From the NCBI GenBank assembly GCA_050952225.1, contig JBMNKL010000002.1:210484-274483 (forward strand): a DNA stretch of 64,000 nucleotides. Direction: 5' to 3'. The translations under genes and the position numbers were made by a program. Below the pieces are notes generated by a model. The model saw only the letters and a list, made by a program, of their open reading frames with translations. It searched no databases and had not been told where the DNA came from. This DNA is from Acetivibrionales bacterium (GTDB lineage: Bacteria > Bacillota > Clostridia > Acetivibrionales > DTU013). Below, piece by piece: positions 50,194-59,480 of this stretch. Numbering within the stretch: the first letter of the stretch is position 1; each line of letters opens with the position of its first letter.

Positions 50194-51765
50194 TCAACCT
50201 GCTACCGATTTGAAAGTGGTGACCGCCATTTCCATAATCTTGGCGTCGGTAGCTTCTTCGCCCGAAAGCTCACCAACAACCCGCCCTTCAGCCATAACCA
50301 CAATGCGGTCGCTCATGGCCATAAGTTCAGGCAATTCGGAAGATATCATTATAACTGCGGTACCATTTGAAGCCATTTCATTAATAAGTTTATAGATTTC
50401 ATTTTTTGAGCCTACATCTATACCCTTCGTGGGTTCATCCAGTATAATAAGGTCCGGATTAGTATTTAGCGTACGTGCAATAACAACTTTTTGCTGATTG
50501 CCACCCGACAGGGCACTCACCCTGGTATTAACCGAAGGTGCTTTTATCCGGAGACTGTCAAAATACTCCTTTGCCCTTTTTACAAGGAGCTTCATCAAAA
50601 CAAAAGGACCTTTCCTGATCTTCGACAGATTGGATACCGTAATGTTGTTCTTTATGTCCCAGACAAAGTTCAAACCATATATTTTGCGATTCTCGCTTAC
50701 CATCCCGATACCCTTTTTTACGGCGTCCCTTGTATTCTTGATTTTAACCTGTTTTCCCTTAAGGAATATCTTTCCTGATTTTACTGGCATCATGCCATAA
50801 ATGGCCGTTACCACTTCTGAACGTCCTGCGCCCACCAATCCTGCCAGCCCCAGCACTTCACCGGCACGCACGCTGAATGAGATGTCTTCCACCAGGTTTC
50901 TGTTAGCAATATACGGATGATCAACCGTCAGCCCTTCAACCCGGAAAACCTCTTCTCCGATCGGGTTGTCCCGCTTGGGATACATGCTCGTAATTTCCCG
51001 TCCGATCATATCATGTATTATACGTGCGGATTCATATTCATCACGCGTATATGTGCTGATATTCTTTCCATCCCTCAGGATTGTGACCCTGTCGGTCAAT
51101 TCCAGTATTTCCGCGAGTTTGTGAGTCACAAAAATAATGCCGGTCCCTGATTCCTTCAACTTGCGAACCACGTTAAACAACTGCTCCACATCCGAGCTCG
51201 AAAGTGAAGACGTAGGTTCATCAAGTATGAGCACTTTTGGATCCATTGCCAGCGCTCTTGCTATCATCAGCATCTGCTGCTGCCCTATGGAAAGCTTTCG
51301 CACATCCGCATCAGGATCAAGATTAATATGATTCCTGGAAAGCAGTTCTTCTGCCGCCTTGCGCATTTCTGAAAAACTTACGAACGGAGTCTTGTTCTTA
51401 CTTTCGCCGGCAGAACCGTCTGCCTTTTTGAACGTCTCAAGCCGCAGGTCAAACATGTAAATGTTTTCGGCTACGCTGAAATTTCTCAAAACATTTATTT
51501 CCTGGGGAACATAGCCTATGCCAAGCCTTATTGAGTCATTCGGATTCGCCGGCCTTATCTCTTTGCCCTCGAGGTATAACGTTCCCGAGTATGAACCATA
51601 AGGATAAATACCGTTCAAAATTTTCAGCAGAGTAGATTTCCCGGCACCATTTTCCCCTATTAATCCCAGTATTTCTTTTGGCTTTACATTAAGACATACA
51701 TTGTCATTCGCCAATACTCCCGGAAACCTTTTTGTTATATTTACAGCTTCCAGAATATATTCCAT
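50194..51765 (-). CDS. Monosaccharide ABC transporter ATP-binding protein (two nucleotide-binding domains)
   Basis: GENGAGKST, LSIGQQQ, LSGGNQQKV, DEPTKGIDVG. Confidence 0.92.
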   Translation of the reverse strand: MEYILEAVNITKRFPGVLANDNVCLNVKPKEILGLIGENGAGKSTLLKILNGIYPYGSYSGTLYLEGKEIRPANPNDSIRLGIGYVPQEINVLRNFSVAENIYMFDLRLETFKKADGSAGESKNKTPFVSFSEMRKAAEELLSRNHINLDPDADVRKLSIGQQQMLMIARALAMDPKVLILDEPTSSLSSSDVEQLFNVVRKLKESGTGIIFVTHKLAEILELTDRVTILRDGKNISTYTRDEYESARIIHDMIGREITSMYPKRDNPIGEEVFRVEGLTVDHPYIANRNLVEDISFSVRAGEVLGLAGLVGAGRSEVVTAIYGMMPVKSGKIFLKGKQVKIKNTRDAVKKGIGMVSENRKIYGLNFVWDIKNNITVSNLSKIRKGPFVLMKLLVKRAKEYFDSLRIKAPSVNTRVSALSGGNQQKVVIARTLNTNPDLIILDEPTKGIDVGSKNEIYKLINEMASNGTAVIMISSELPELMAMSDRIVVMAEGRVVGELSGEEATDAKIMEMAVTTFKSVAG

Positions 51766-51981
51766 ATATCAATCACCCTCTAGCCATATTCAACCCTGCA
51801 ATTACAACCATTCCTGCTTCACGGCGGCAACCTGGCAGGACAGGCTGTCAGCCATACCGCAGCCTGACAGCAGGAATCATTATTTGTTCATTATTCAAGA
51901 ATTTGGGCTTGCCCGAACTTAGCAAGCCCAAATCCGTTCATGGCCGAATTCAATATCCGTTTCTGTCCATCTTCACGAATA

Positions 51982-53082
51982 TTACTTGAAGAACGTTTTA
52001 ACTTCTTCTGCAATAGCCTTGTGATATTCGATACCGTTCTCGCCTTCGCCGTCAACTGTTACAATAGGAGCTTCCAGGTCCGTCCACTGCGGCACTTCTT
52101 CACCACGGAAAACCTTATCAAGATATTCCATGGTTAAATAAGCTTCCTGGTAAAGCGGCTGCGCTACAAGCGCTGCTACCTTGCCTTCCTCGAGATAATT
52201 CAGGTTACCCTCGGTTGCGTCCATTCCTACAATAAGGATATCTCCGTCTTTATAGCCGGCCTTGGTTGCAGCGTCCGCCCAGGTGATAGGGCTGTTCCCG
52301 GTTGTTCCGAATGCAGCTATAATATCGGGGTTGGCCTGGATTATTCCAAGATTTACTGCCGTAGCGCTGTCTACCTGAGCACCTTCAAGCTCAACAGGCA
52401 GTACCTTGATATTCTTCAGGTCATCGTTTTGAGCCTGCAGGCCTTCGAATGTAGACCTGAATGAGTCTGCAGCAGCATTCTCGGTGACATTCTTTGTGTT
52501 CTGGGTTATAGCAATTGAACCTGATTTTCCGGCAAGCTTCTCAGCCATCAGTTCGGCAACCTGTTTTCCGTAGAGCACCGGGTCACATGCCATGTTAAAC
52601 TTCAAGCCTTCCGGCAGTTCCCCGTCCTGTCTCAAATCAAAATGCGGAATACCGACAACTACTCCCTGTGATGCAAGGCTTGCAACCGTTTCAAATGCAC
52701 TGGAATCTCCTGCCCAGAGCAGTATCCCTTTTCCGCCTTCGGCTGCAAATGCTTCCGCAGCTGCATATACTTCTGAGTTGTCGCTGCCTTCAGTACCGAT
52801 TACCTTAGCGTTTGTATAGCCAAGTTTCTCGGCAGCCTTGAGGAATCCAAGCTGTACTATGCGATGCACAGGGTGATTCATAACACTCATGCAGATCGCT
52901 ACTGGATATTCGCTTGGATCAAAATCTCCAGCCTTGTCAGATTTGTCGTCAGTCTTCCCTGCGGTTGTTCCTCCTTCTGAAGTTTGGGTTTTAGTGTCAG
53001 CCGTGCTCCCGCCATCTTTGGCGCACGATATCATTGTAAACGCCATGATCAGAGCCAGTAAGATTGCTGCTATTCTTTTCAT
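51982..53082 (-). CDS. Monosaccharide ABC transporter substrate-binding lipoprotein
   Basis: ISC lipobox; IIQANPDI, IVGMD, VAQPLY type 1 binding motifs. Confidence 0.85.
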   Translation of the reverse strand: MKRIAAILLALIMAFTMISCAKDGGSTADTKTQTSEGGTTAGKTDDKSDKAGDFDPSEYPVAICMSVMNHPVHRIVQLGFLKAAEKLGYTNAKVIGTEGSDNSEVYAAAEAFAAEGGKGILLWAGDSSAFETVASLASQGVVVGIPHFDLRQDGELPEGLKFNMACDPVLYGKQVAELMAEKLAGKSGSIAITQNTKNVTENAAADSFRSTFEGLQAQNDDLKNIKVLPVELEGAQVDSATAVNLGIIQANPDIIAAFGTTGNSPITWADAATKAGYKDGDILIVGMDATEGNLNYLEEGKVAALVAQPLYQEAYLTMEYLDKVFRGEEVPQWTDLEAPIVTVDGEGENGIEYHKAIAEEVKTFFK

Positions 53083-53261
53083 GCTAAATTGCCCCCTTTG
53101 TACTATTTTTTTTGTTATTTCTTCAGTGGCTTAAGCCACTGTTCGGCCCTGTAGTAATGTTCCAACTACATTTCACACATCAGGTTTTTCTATCTATTAT
53201 GTTAACAATTCAAGAATTGTTTTCCTATATATCTTTGTACAGAAACAGGCATGTTATCATT

Positions 53262-53278
53262 GGCGTAATCGATTACTC
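53262..53278. promoter_or_regulatory. LacI-type operator candidate 1
   Basis: ggcGTAATCGATTACtc, perfect 12 bp palindromic core. Confidence 0.65.
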
Positions 53279-53455
53279 TAAAACTAAGATAATTCCTCCC
53301 GATGTATACATATTTTATGCCAAGAGTTTGCATTTGCAGTAAATTGTTAAACTTATGCCAGTCTTTGTAATAATAAGATAACTCATAACTGATTAGGACA
53401 AATAAATGTCAAAGAATCTTTTTTTTTGCATATTTCAACCCTTTATTATTTATTG

Positions 53456-53475
53456 TGGCGTTATCGATTACGCCA
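53456..53475. promoter_or_regulatory. LacI-type operator candidate 2
   Basis: TGGCGTtATCGATTACGCCA, 20 bp palindrome with one mismatch. Confidence 0.65.
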
Positions 53476-53546
53476 TCGTGACAACTAAAAATGTGCTTAC
53501 TTGCAAAATTATTATACACCAATAAAATCCGAATGTAAATAGTTAA

Positions 53547-53577
53547 TAAAAAAGTTGTTTACGTAAAGTAAACAACC
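53547..53577 (-). terminator. Terminator after the LacI gene
   Basis: gttgtttac-gtaaa-gtaaacaac hairpin with an adjacent U-tract on the minus strand. Confidence 0.55.
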
Positions 53578-53586
53578 TGGCAATTA

Positions 53587-54621
53587 TCACAAAAACAATT
53601 CTACGTTGCTTCTCATAATGACTTGCGGCTTGACCCTTATGGTATCTTCTGTTTTCAGGCCTTCAGCAATTGTCTGGTAAAGGTACCGGAGTCCCATTCT
53701 CCCCTGTGAATACTGATCCTGGAATATTGAAGCAATCACTGTGCCTTCATTTAACAAGTCAACAAGTTCAGGATATATGTCTGACGTGACAAGGCATATT
53801 TTCCCGCCTAATCCGTGTTCTTTTATGCTTTGAATCACACCGGCCGAATTATATGAATTTACATAAATTGCTCCAAGGTCTTTATGTTCTTCAATAACCC
53901 GGTTAGTCTCCGTATAAGCCCTTTGGGGGTTATCGTAGTTGTAGTATACTGTCGCCAGTGCCAGCGGCGTGTACCGGAGTTGTTCAAAAAACCCGTCTAC
54001 AATTTCCGTATGAATGCCCCGTTCGGCATAACCGGAAGCTATGGCCACCGTCTTATTTCTGTCCATGCACCACCACAGCAATTCAGCCGCTATCCGCCCG
54101 GCAACCCTTCCGTTATATTGGATACAGAATTTCCGCAGGCTTCTGTCTACATCATTAACAGCCGCAGCTACGCAAACTTTTCTCTCTTTCAGAAGCTTCA
54201 GCTTGTCGGTATGTTTTGCGCAAAGTAACGCGCCGTCATAACCTCCATAAGCTATTTTCTCAATCGTGCTTTCCAGGAATGCTTCGCCCTTCGGAGAACT
54301 GGAATCACCCTCGTCGTACGAAAAGTAATCCACCTTGATATTATAGTCCCTAAGCTCTTCATGCGCATCACGGGTGCCCTGTATAAAGCTGCCGTGAAAC
54401 CCGGGAAAGCTGGTAAACGCAACTACCGCCATTCTGATTTGTCTGCGTGCCAGACTCTTGGCCAGGGTATTAGCCTTATAACCCATTTCCTGGGCGGTTT
54501 TTAACACTATCCTGCTGGTTTCGGCACTGACTTTCGGCTTGTTATTAAGCGCTCTGTATACAGTGGTGGTTGAAATATTAAGTTTTTTCGCAATATCATA
54601 GATTGTAACGCGCTTATCCAT
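53587..54621 (-). CDS. LacI-family transcriptional regulator
   Basis: VTIYDIAKKLNISTTTVYRALN HTH, GYKANTLAKSL hinge, sugar-binding C-terminal domain. Confidence 0.9.
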   Translation of the reverse strand: MDKRVTIYDIAKKLNISTTTVYRALNNKPKVSAETSRIVLKTAQEMGYKANTLAKSLARRQIRMAVVAFTSFPGFHGSFIQGTRDAHEELRDYNIKVDYFSYDEGDSSSPKGEAFLESTIEKIAYGGYDGALLCAKHTDKLKLLKERKVCVAAAVNDVDRSLRKFCIQYNGRVAGRIAAELLWWCMDRNKTVAIASGYAERGIHTEIVDGFFEQLRYTPLALATVYYNYDNPQRAYTETNRVIEEHKDLGAIYVNSYNSAGVIQSIKEHGLGGKICLVTSDIYPELVDLLNEGTVIASIFQDQYSQGRMGLRYLYQTIAEGLKTEDTIRVKPQVIMRSNVELFL

Positions 54622-54757
54622 GGCACTACTCCATAACCACCCGGAAGCTTCGGTCTTTCAAATCCGGCAGCCATCGCAGACAATCCCTCGGCTGTTTCAT
54701 CCATCTTCAATGCCGGCTGTCATACCGGGATATATTTGCTTATTTTTATCGTGAGAT

Positions 54758-55537
54758 TCAGCTATGTATCAAAACCTCGCCCTGGCACATCAGCGCCAGC
54801 TCGCATTCAGGAGCCTTGTCGCCGATACTGTCGATAATCGACTGCGGATCGCCCTTGTGTAACGCAAAGGTCCAGAAATGACACGGAATACAAATCTCAG
54901 CCCCAAGCAATCCTGCATATTCTGCTGCCTGTATACCATTAAGGTTGCCATACTCACCATTAATCGGCAGAATCGCGACCCTGGGTTTATGCTCTATCGG
55001 AACTTTCAGGCGTTCGGGATTAAGCGCCGTATCCCCGGAATAATAAACCTTTGTCCAGCCAAAATCAAGTATGAAACCCAGTGCATCGGGCGCCAGTTCA
55101 CCATGATCGCAATCTGTCGCAAGAACTTTGCAATCGGGAAGTGATTCGGCCATTCCCTTTTTCAATACATGCACGCGTGACATGTCCATTCCCATTTCAC
55201 GCATTTTATCCGCCACCGGCGTGTTTGTGTATACATGTGTGCGGTCATTCGACATCATAGCTTTAATGGAATCCACGTCAAAATGGTCCAAATGCTCGTG
55301 CGATATAAGAAGTGAATCAAAAACGATATCACCGGCTTCGCAAAGCGGTGGTGTTAAGCGCTTGAATCCAAGCCCTTCCTCGGGAATATACTTCATTACA
55401 CAATCTGAAAAATATGGATCAATTGCTATTATCCTTCCTGATGAAGTCTTGATTAGAAAACCTGCCTGACCCAGCCAGCTTATGGCAATTGTGTTTTGTT
55501 CAACATTCAGTTCCTTTATCCTGGAAACATAATTCAT
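54758..55537 (-). CDS. Metallo-beta-lactamase-fold hydrolase (UlaG-like lactonase)
   Basis: WLGQAGF, IDPYFSD, SHEHLDHFD, YYSGDT, PING.YGNL, IPCHFW. Confidence 0.85.
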   Translation of the reverse strand: MNYVSRIKELNVEQNTIAISWLGQAGFLIKTSSGRIIAIDPYFSDCVMKYIPEEGLGFKRLTPPLCEAGDIVFDSLLISHEHLDHFDVDSIKAMMSNDRTHVYTNTPVADKMREMGMDMSRVHVLKKGMAESLPDCKVLATDCDHGELAPDALGFILDFGWTKVYYSGDTALNPERLKVPIEHKPRVAILPINGEYGNLNGIQAAEYAGLLGAEICIPCHFWTFALHKGDPQSIIDSIGDKAPECELALMCQGEVLIHS

Positions 55538-55588
55538 TCAGATTACCTCCTCCATCTGGTTTACGTGTAATTAACCGCCTTAATTGCA

Positions 55589-55604
55589 GCGTTACCGATT
55601 ACTC
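55589..55604. promoter_or_regulatory. LacI-type operator candidate 3
   Basis: gcGTtAcCGATTACtc upstream of the hydrolase-LacI genes. Confidence 0.55.
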
Positions 55605-55788
55605 CGACCATATAATACTACGCTGAGTTCGTCTTCCGGCAAAAGAGGTAGGTCGTTGTAACCTTTTATTTCCTTTGAAGCAGGTTACAATTGTTACAAG
55701 TGCCTTTTCAAGTTTAGCATATCGTGAACTGTTCTGTCCAGTGATTATTTTCACTAGTAAGCGTTGCGCGGATGGAGCGGTTTAACTT

Positions 55789-57285
55789 TCACAATCTGTC
55801 TGAAACAAAATTATCAGCAGGAGTTTTACCCTTGCCGCCAATTTTTTCATGCGATTGTTCATCATGCAGGCAGAGTGTCAGGTTCGTAAATATGAACGCC
55901 CAGTAAAGGATTATGTCTTTAAGACCAACGACTGCCGGAAACCCGGCAAGATAAGCCAGCAATACAAAAATCAGCAGGTCGGCCACTATAAAGCCTCCAA
56001 ATACCAGTAACATTTTCCCCGGTTCCCGGCAGGTTTTTTTAAGTCCTGCAAGCCCGGTATAGAAAAATAACAATCCCAAAAAACAGCCGGTATAAAATAT
56101 AACGTTGAAGATTATCTCAGCCGCGCCTGACTTTGCCTCCTGGAACGGCACGGTATAAGCACCGCCTGAAAGGGCTTCGCCCGCCTTTTCAAGGATCAGG
56201 CCGGCATAGTGTGAAATGTCCGCCGGGTCATCGGGAATCAGGCCGGGAGGTACGAATAAACTGAACCTGGTCATTCTCCATATGATTACTGAAACCAAGC
56301 AGGTCAAGATAATCAATGCTGGCATTTTGACGATGTCATGCCGGTATTTGCCGATTATGCGTGAAATGTAATCGGTTTTGCACTCTTTCAATATATTATG
56401 CATGGTCTTTTTAAAGGATTTAATATTATAGGAGAGCAGGACAAATATAATGAAAAGACCCATGAAGAAAAGCAAGAAATCCGGCTTCTGTGCCAATACC
56501 GCCCCCTTGGCGTTATAATCCTTTATGATGCAGCCGGCCGGGTCTTTGCCTATAGACGCAAGCATTATCCTCATTTCGTCCGCACCCTTTCCGATGATGG
56601 TTTCCGGGTCGGTTTCGCATTGCACGTACGAGATACCTGCATTGCTGTTAATTTCCATAAACGTGCTGACGGGAATATATACTTTTGCGGTTCCGCCGGC
56701 AGTGAGCTTCCCGATGACGGACCTGTCGCTCTCAATAATCCCGGTTATCTTGAACCGGTTTCCGAAAATATTCACATGGCAACCAATAACATTATCGTTA
56801 TTGAATAATTTCCACGCAGTATCTTTGTCTATTACCGCAACCCGGCTCTTCTCCCTGCAGTCTGCCTCAGAAAAGAAGCTCCCGCCGGTTACAGGCATAT
56901 CCCCGAACATCGGAGCCAGCTCATCTGTTCCTGCCACTCCTGCTGCCAGGAAATTATTCCCTTGCGATATAATGGCGGTTTGCTGCGCCGTACAGGAAAT
57001 CAGCCCGATGCCAGGCAGTTTTTTCAGATTATTGATGTCCTCCTGGCTGAAATAACCCGTTCTGCTGTCTTCCTTCAGGCAGATGGTGACCTTGCTCATC
57101 GAAACATGGCCGTTCAGGTCCAGTATTTTGTTATAGATGCTGCCGCTGAGAAAAACCGCCATAAACAAGAGCAGACAGCCTGCAAAACTCAAAACGCCAA
57201 ACCACTTTCCGTTACGCATGACAAACTCCCTAGTCTTCGGGCAGAACCCGGCATCCGTCCGATAAATTTTTGCTGTAACTGACAA
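55789..57285 (-). CDS. Membrane protein with a MacB-like periplasmic core domain
   Basis: N-terminal TM; GSFFSE....RVAVID..AWKLF..VIG..V.I.G..FKITGI..VYIP motif; several C-terminal TMs. Confidence 0.78.
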   Translation of the reverse strand: MSVTAKIYRTDAGFCPKTREFVMRNGKWFGVLSFAGCLLLFMAVFLSGSIYNKILDLNGHVSMSKVTICLKEDSRTGYFSQEDINNLKKLPGIGLISCTAQQTAIISQGNNFLAAGVAGTDELAPMFGDMPVTGGSFFSEADCREKSRVAVIDKDTAWKLFNNDNVIGCHVNIFGNRFKITGIIESDRSVIGKLTAGGTAKVYIPVSTFMEINSNAGISYVQCETDPETIIGKGADEMRIMLASIGKDPAGCIIKDYNAKGAVLAQKPDFLLFFMGLFIIFVLLSYNIKSFKKTMHNILKECKTDYISRIIGKYRHDIVKMPALIILTCLVSVIIWRMTRFSLFVPPGLIPDDPADISHYAGLILEKAGEALSGGAYTVPFQEAKSGAAEIIFNVIFYTGCFLGLLFFYTGLAGLKKTCREPGKMLLVFGGFIVADLLIFVLLAYLAGFPAVVGLKDIILYWAFIFTNLTLCLHDEQSHEKIGGKGKTPADNFVSDRL

Positions 57286-58468
57286 TTACCTGCTCATCAC
57301 GAGAAAGCCCGCTCACAATGACAGTTTTGGAACTGTCGGAATCGCCGGGTATGACAAGCGCCTTGCGGACGTAAAATTCACTGCCCAGCGCACCCTTCCT
57401 TTCATTTAGCACCCACACGAACTTGTTCATGTTATCTGTGCCTATGGCGGTATTTGGCACAAGAATGTCATAGGACGCGGTCCTCTTCCTTATGTATATA
57501 TCGCAGCGTTCGCCGGCTGAAATCTCCCCGGCAGGCACATCGATGACCAAATCCTTCATTTCGCCCCTGTTCTGTGCGTTTGCGGCAATCTCCCTGATCG
57601 TCCCCTCTATTGTGCCGCTTCCAAGGGACTTGACGGTTATATCGACAGCATCTCCGACAGCCAGGTACTCTGCCTTTTCACGCTCCACCGCGATTCTTGT
57701 CTCAAACCCTTTCGAAACATCGTCGACGGAAAACACCGGCACTGCACCGTTGACAAGCGAACCTTCCGTAACATTCAATTCATTGACAAACCCGTCTGCG
57801 GGAGAAAGCAGCACGCTTCCCTCATCCAGCTCTTTCCTGAGTTTTTCAATGGTCAGTTCCGCAAGTCTCATGGAAGCCTGCTGGATCTTTATATCTCTCT
57901 CAATATCTCTTTGCTTTCTTCTTTCATTATCCAAGTCCTTTTCCGCCTGCAGGAAGGCATTTTCATCCCGCTTGTACTCATCCCTGCTTATGGCGCCGGA
58001 TTCAAGCAGGGCTTTCATATTTTCTAGGTTTTCCTTTTCAGCCTTCAGGTTATTTTCTGCATATTCAATGTTTGACCCCATGTCGGACAGTTTTTCGAGA
58101 TTCAGTTTCAACTGCTCATAGCGCAGCATTTCCTCCTCCAGTTGCCGTTCGATTTCATCCCTGTCGAGTATGACTGCAGCGTCGCCCTTTTTAACTTCAT
58201 CTCCCGGCTTTATCCTGACTTCTTTTACAAGCCGCCCTTGCGCTGCATAAACTTTTACCGTTTCCTTCGCCCGGATAACGCCGCTGCCGTACACTTCCTT
58301 GATCAATGCTCCGCTTGTCGGCTTTTGCGATGATACCCTGGGAAGCGTAATATTGTTTATGGTATTCGAAAAAAACGTAAGCACCAGCATGACCACGATA
58401 AATATGCCCGACATCCTCAAGATCAGCTTTTTTCTTTTCCGGTTTGCATCAAATGATGTTTCAGTCAT
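57230..58468 (-). CDS. Membrane fusion (RND/HlyD-type periplasmic adaptor) protein
   Basis: N-terminal TM; lipoyl halves VKEVRIKPGDEVKKGD and SPADGFV..LNV..G around a coiled coil; LVPNTAI, IVSGLS..EQVI. Confidence 0.85.
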   Translation of the reverse strand: MTETSFDANRKRKKLILRMSGIFIVVMLVLTFFSNTINNITLPRVSSQKPTSGALIKEVYGSGVIRAKETVKVYAAQGRLVKEVRIKPGDEVKKGDAAVILDRDEIERQLEEEMLRYEQLKLNLEKLSDMGSNIEYAENNLKAEKENLENMKALLESGAISRDEYKRDENAFLQAEKDLDNERRKQRDIERDIKIQQASMRLAELTIEKLRKELDEGSVLLSPADGFVNELNVTEGSLVNGAVPVFSVDDVSKGFETRIAVEREKAEYLAVGDAVDITVKSLGSGTIEGTIREIAANAQNRGEMKDLVIDVPAGEISAGERCDIYIRKRTASYDILVPNTAIGTDNMNKFVWVLNERKGALGSEFYVRKALVIPGDSDSSKTVIVSGLSRDEQVIVSYSKNLSDGCRVLPED

Positions 58469-58493
58469 GTTTCAAACCTCCGCTCAAGCGTTT

Positions 58494-59468
58494 TCATCCT
58501 TTTATCCCGGATAACTGTATGCCCTCGACAAAATAACTCTCCCCATATAAAAACACAAGCAGCATCGGCAGCATGTATATGGTCGATGCCGCGAATGAAA
58601 TCCCGCGCTGGCTGGAATTTATGACCGACAGGTAAATAGAAAGCGGCTGCATGTTCATATCCTGGAGGAATATCAACGGCTGCTCCACCATGTTCCAATT
58701 ATCTATGAAAACAAGAATGGCGAGCGCAGCCAGTCCTGTCCTGGACATGGGAAGGATCGCTCTCAGAAAGGCATCTAAATGCGTGCCGCCATCAACCGCT
58801 ACGGCGTCATTATATTCCCCGGGGATATAGACCATGAATTGCCTTAAGAGAAAGACGCCAAACGTATTGAAAATCCCGGGAAATATTATTGAAAGAAAAC
58901 TGCCGATCAGGCCAAGCATGTCCGCTATGATGTAGTTCGGCACCAATGTCACCTGGAACGGCATCAGCATTGTGACTATGTAAACAAGGAAAATCTTGTC
59001 CCGCCCCTTGAATTTGATCCTGCTGAAAGCGTACGCTGCCATGCTTGCTACGATTATTTGCCCCACGATTACCGGGACCACAATGATGACCGAATTCCAG
59101 AACATGGACAGGTATTTCGTATACCTTACAAGCACTGCAAAATACTGCTTGAAAACCACTTCATCAGGAATGAACCTAAGTTCCAGGAATCCGGCGCCGC
59201 CTTCCGAAATCCCGCTCCTTTCTTCCCCGCTTATGACGGCATAATTACGGGCTATTTCATTTTCACTCATGAAAGAATTTGTTAGCGTAAGCACAATCGG
59301 AAAGACAAAAACTATTGCAATGGCGCCGGCTATCAGCGTTGTCAATACCTTCCCAAAATTTTTACCAACTTGTTTCCCAAGGTTTTTCCCAGGGTTTTTC
59401 CCAGGGTTTTTCCCCAGGTTTTTGACTTTTAATACCCGGTTTATTTCGGCCAAAAAACCAACCCCCAT
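58494..59468 (-). CDS. Carbohydrate ABC transporter permease (MalG/UgpE-like)
   Basis: AAYAFSRIKFKG, MLMPFQVTLVP, FLLRQF..IP.EY.DA..VDG. Confidence 0.88.
   Translation of the reverse strand: MGVGFLAEINRVLKVKNLGKNPGKNPGKNLGKQVGKNFGKVLTTLIAGAIAIVFVFPIVLTLTNSFMSENEIARNYAVISGEERSGISEGGAGFLELRFIPDEVVFKQYFAVLVRYTKYLSMFWNSVIIVVPVIVGQIIVASMAAYAFSRIKFKGRDKIFLVYIVTMLMPFQVTLVPNYIIADMLGLIGSFLSIIFPGIFNTFGVFLLRQFMVYIPGEYNDAVAVDGGTHLDAFLRAILPMSRTGLAALAILVFIDNWNMVEQPLIFLQDMNMQPLSIYLSVINSSQRGISFAASTIYMLPMLLVFLYGESYFVEGIQLSGIKG
59349..59423 (-). repeat. In-frame 12 bp tandem repeat, about 6 degenerate units
   Basis: GGGAAAAACCCT-like units encoding KNLGKNPGKNPGKNLGKQVGKNFGK. Confidence 0.8.
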
Positions 59469-59480
59469 GTCCGCCCTGAC

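Noticed and set aside
49364-50395. 343 aa plus-strand ORF
   Set aside because: Antisense shadow of the permease and ATPase genes.
51809-51935. Two hairpins between the sugar-binding protein and ATPase genes
   Set aside because: Ordinary mRNA-stabilising or partial-termination stem-loops after binding-protein genes; similar ones occur at 3019 and about 38560.
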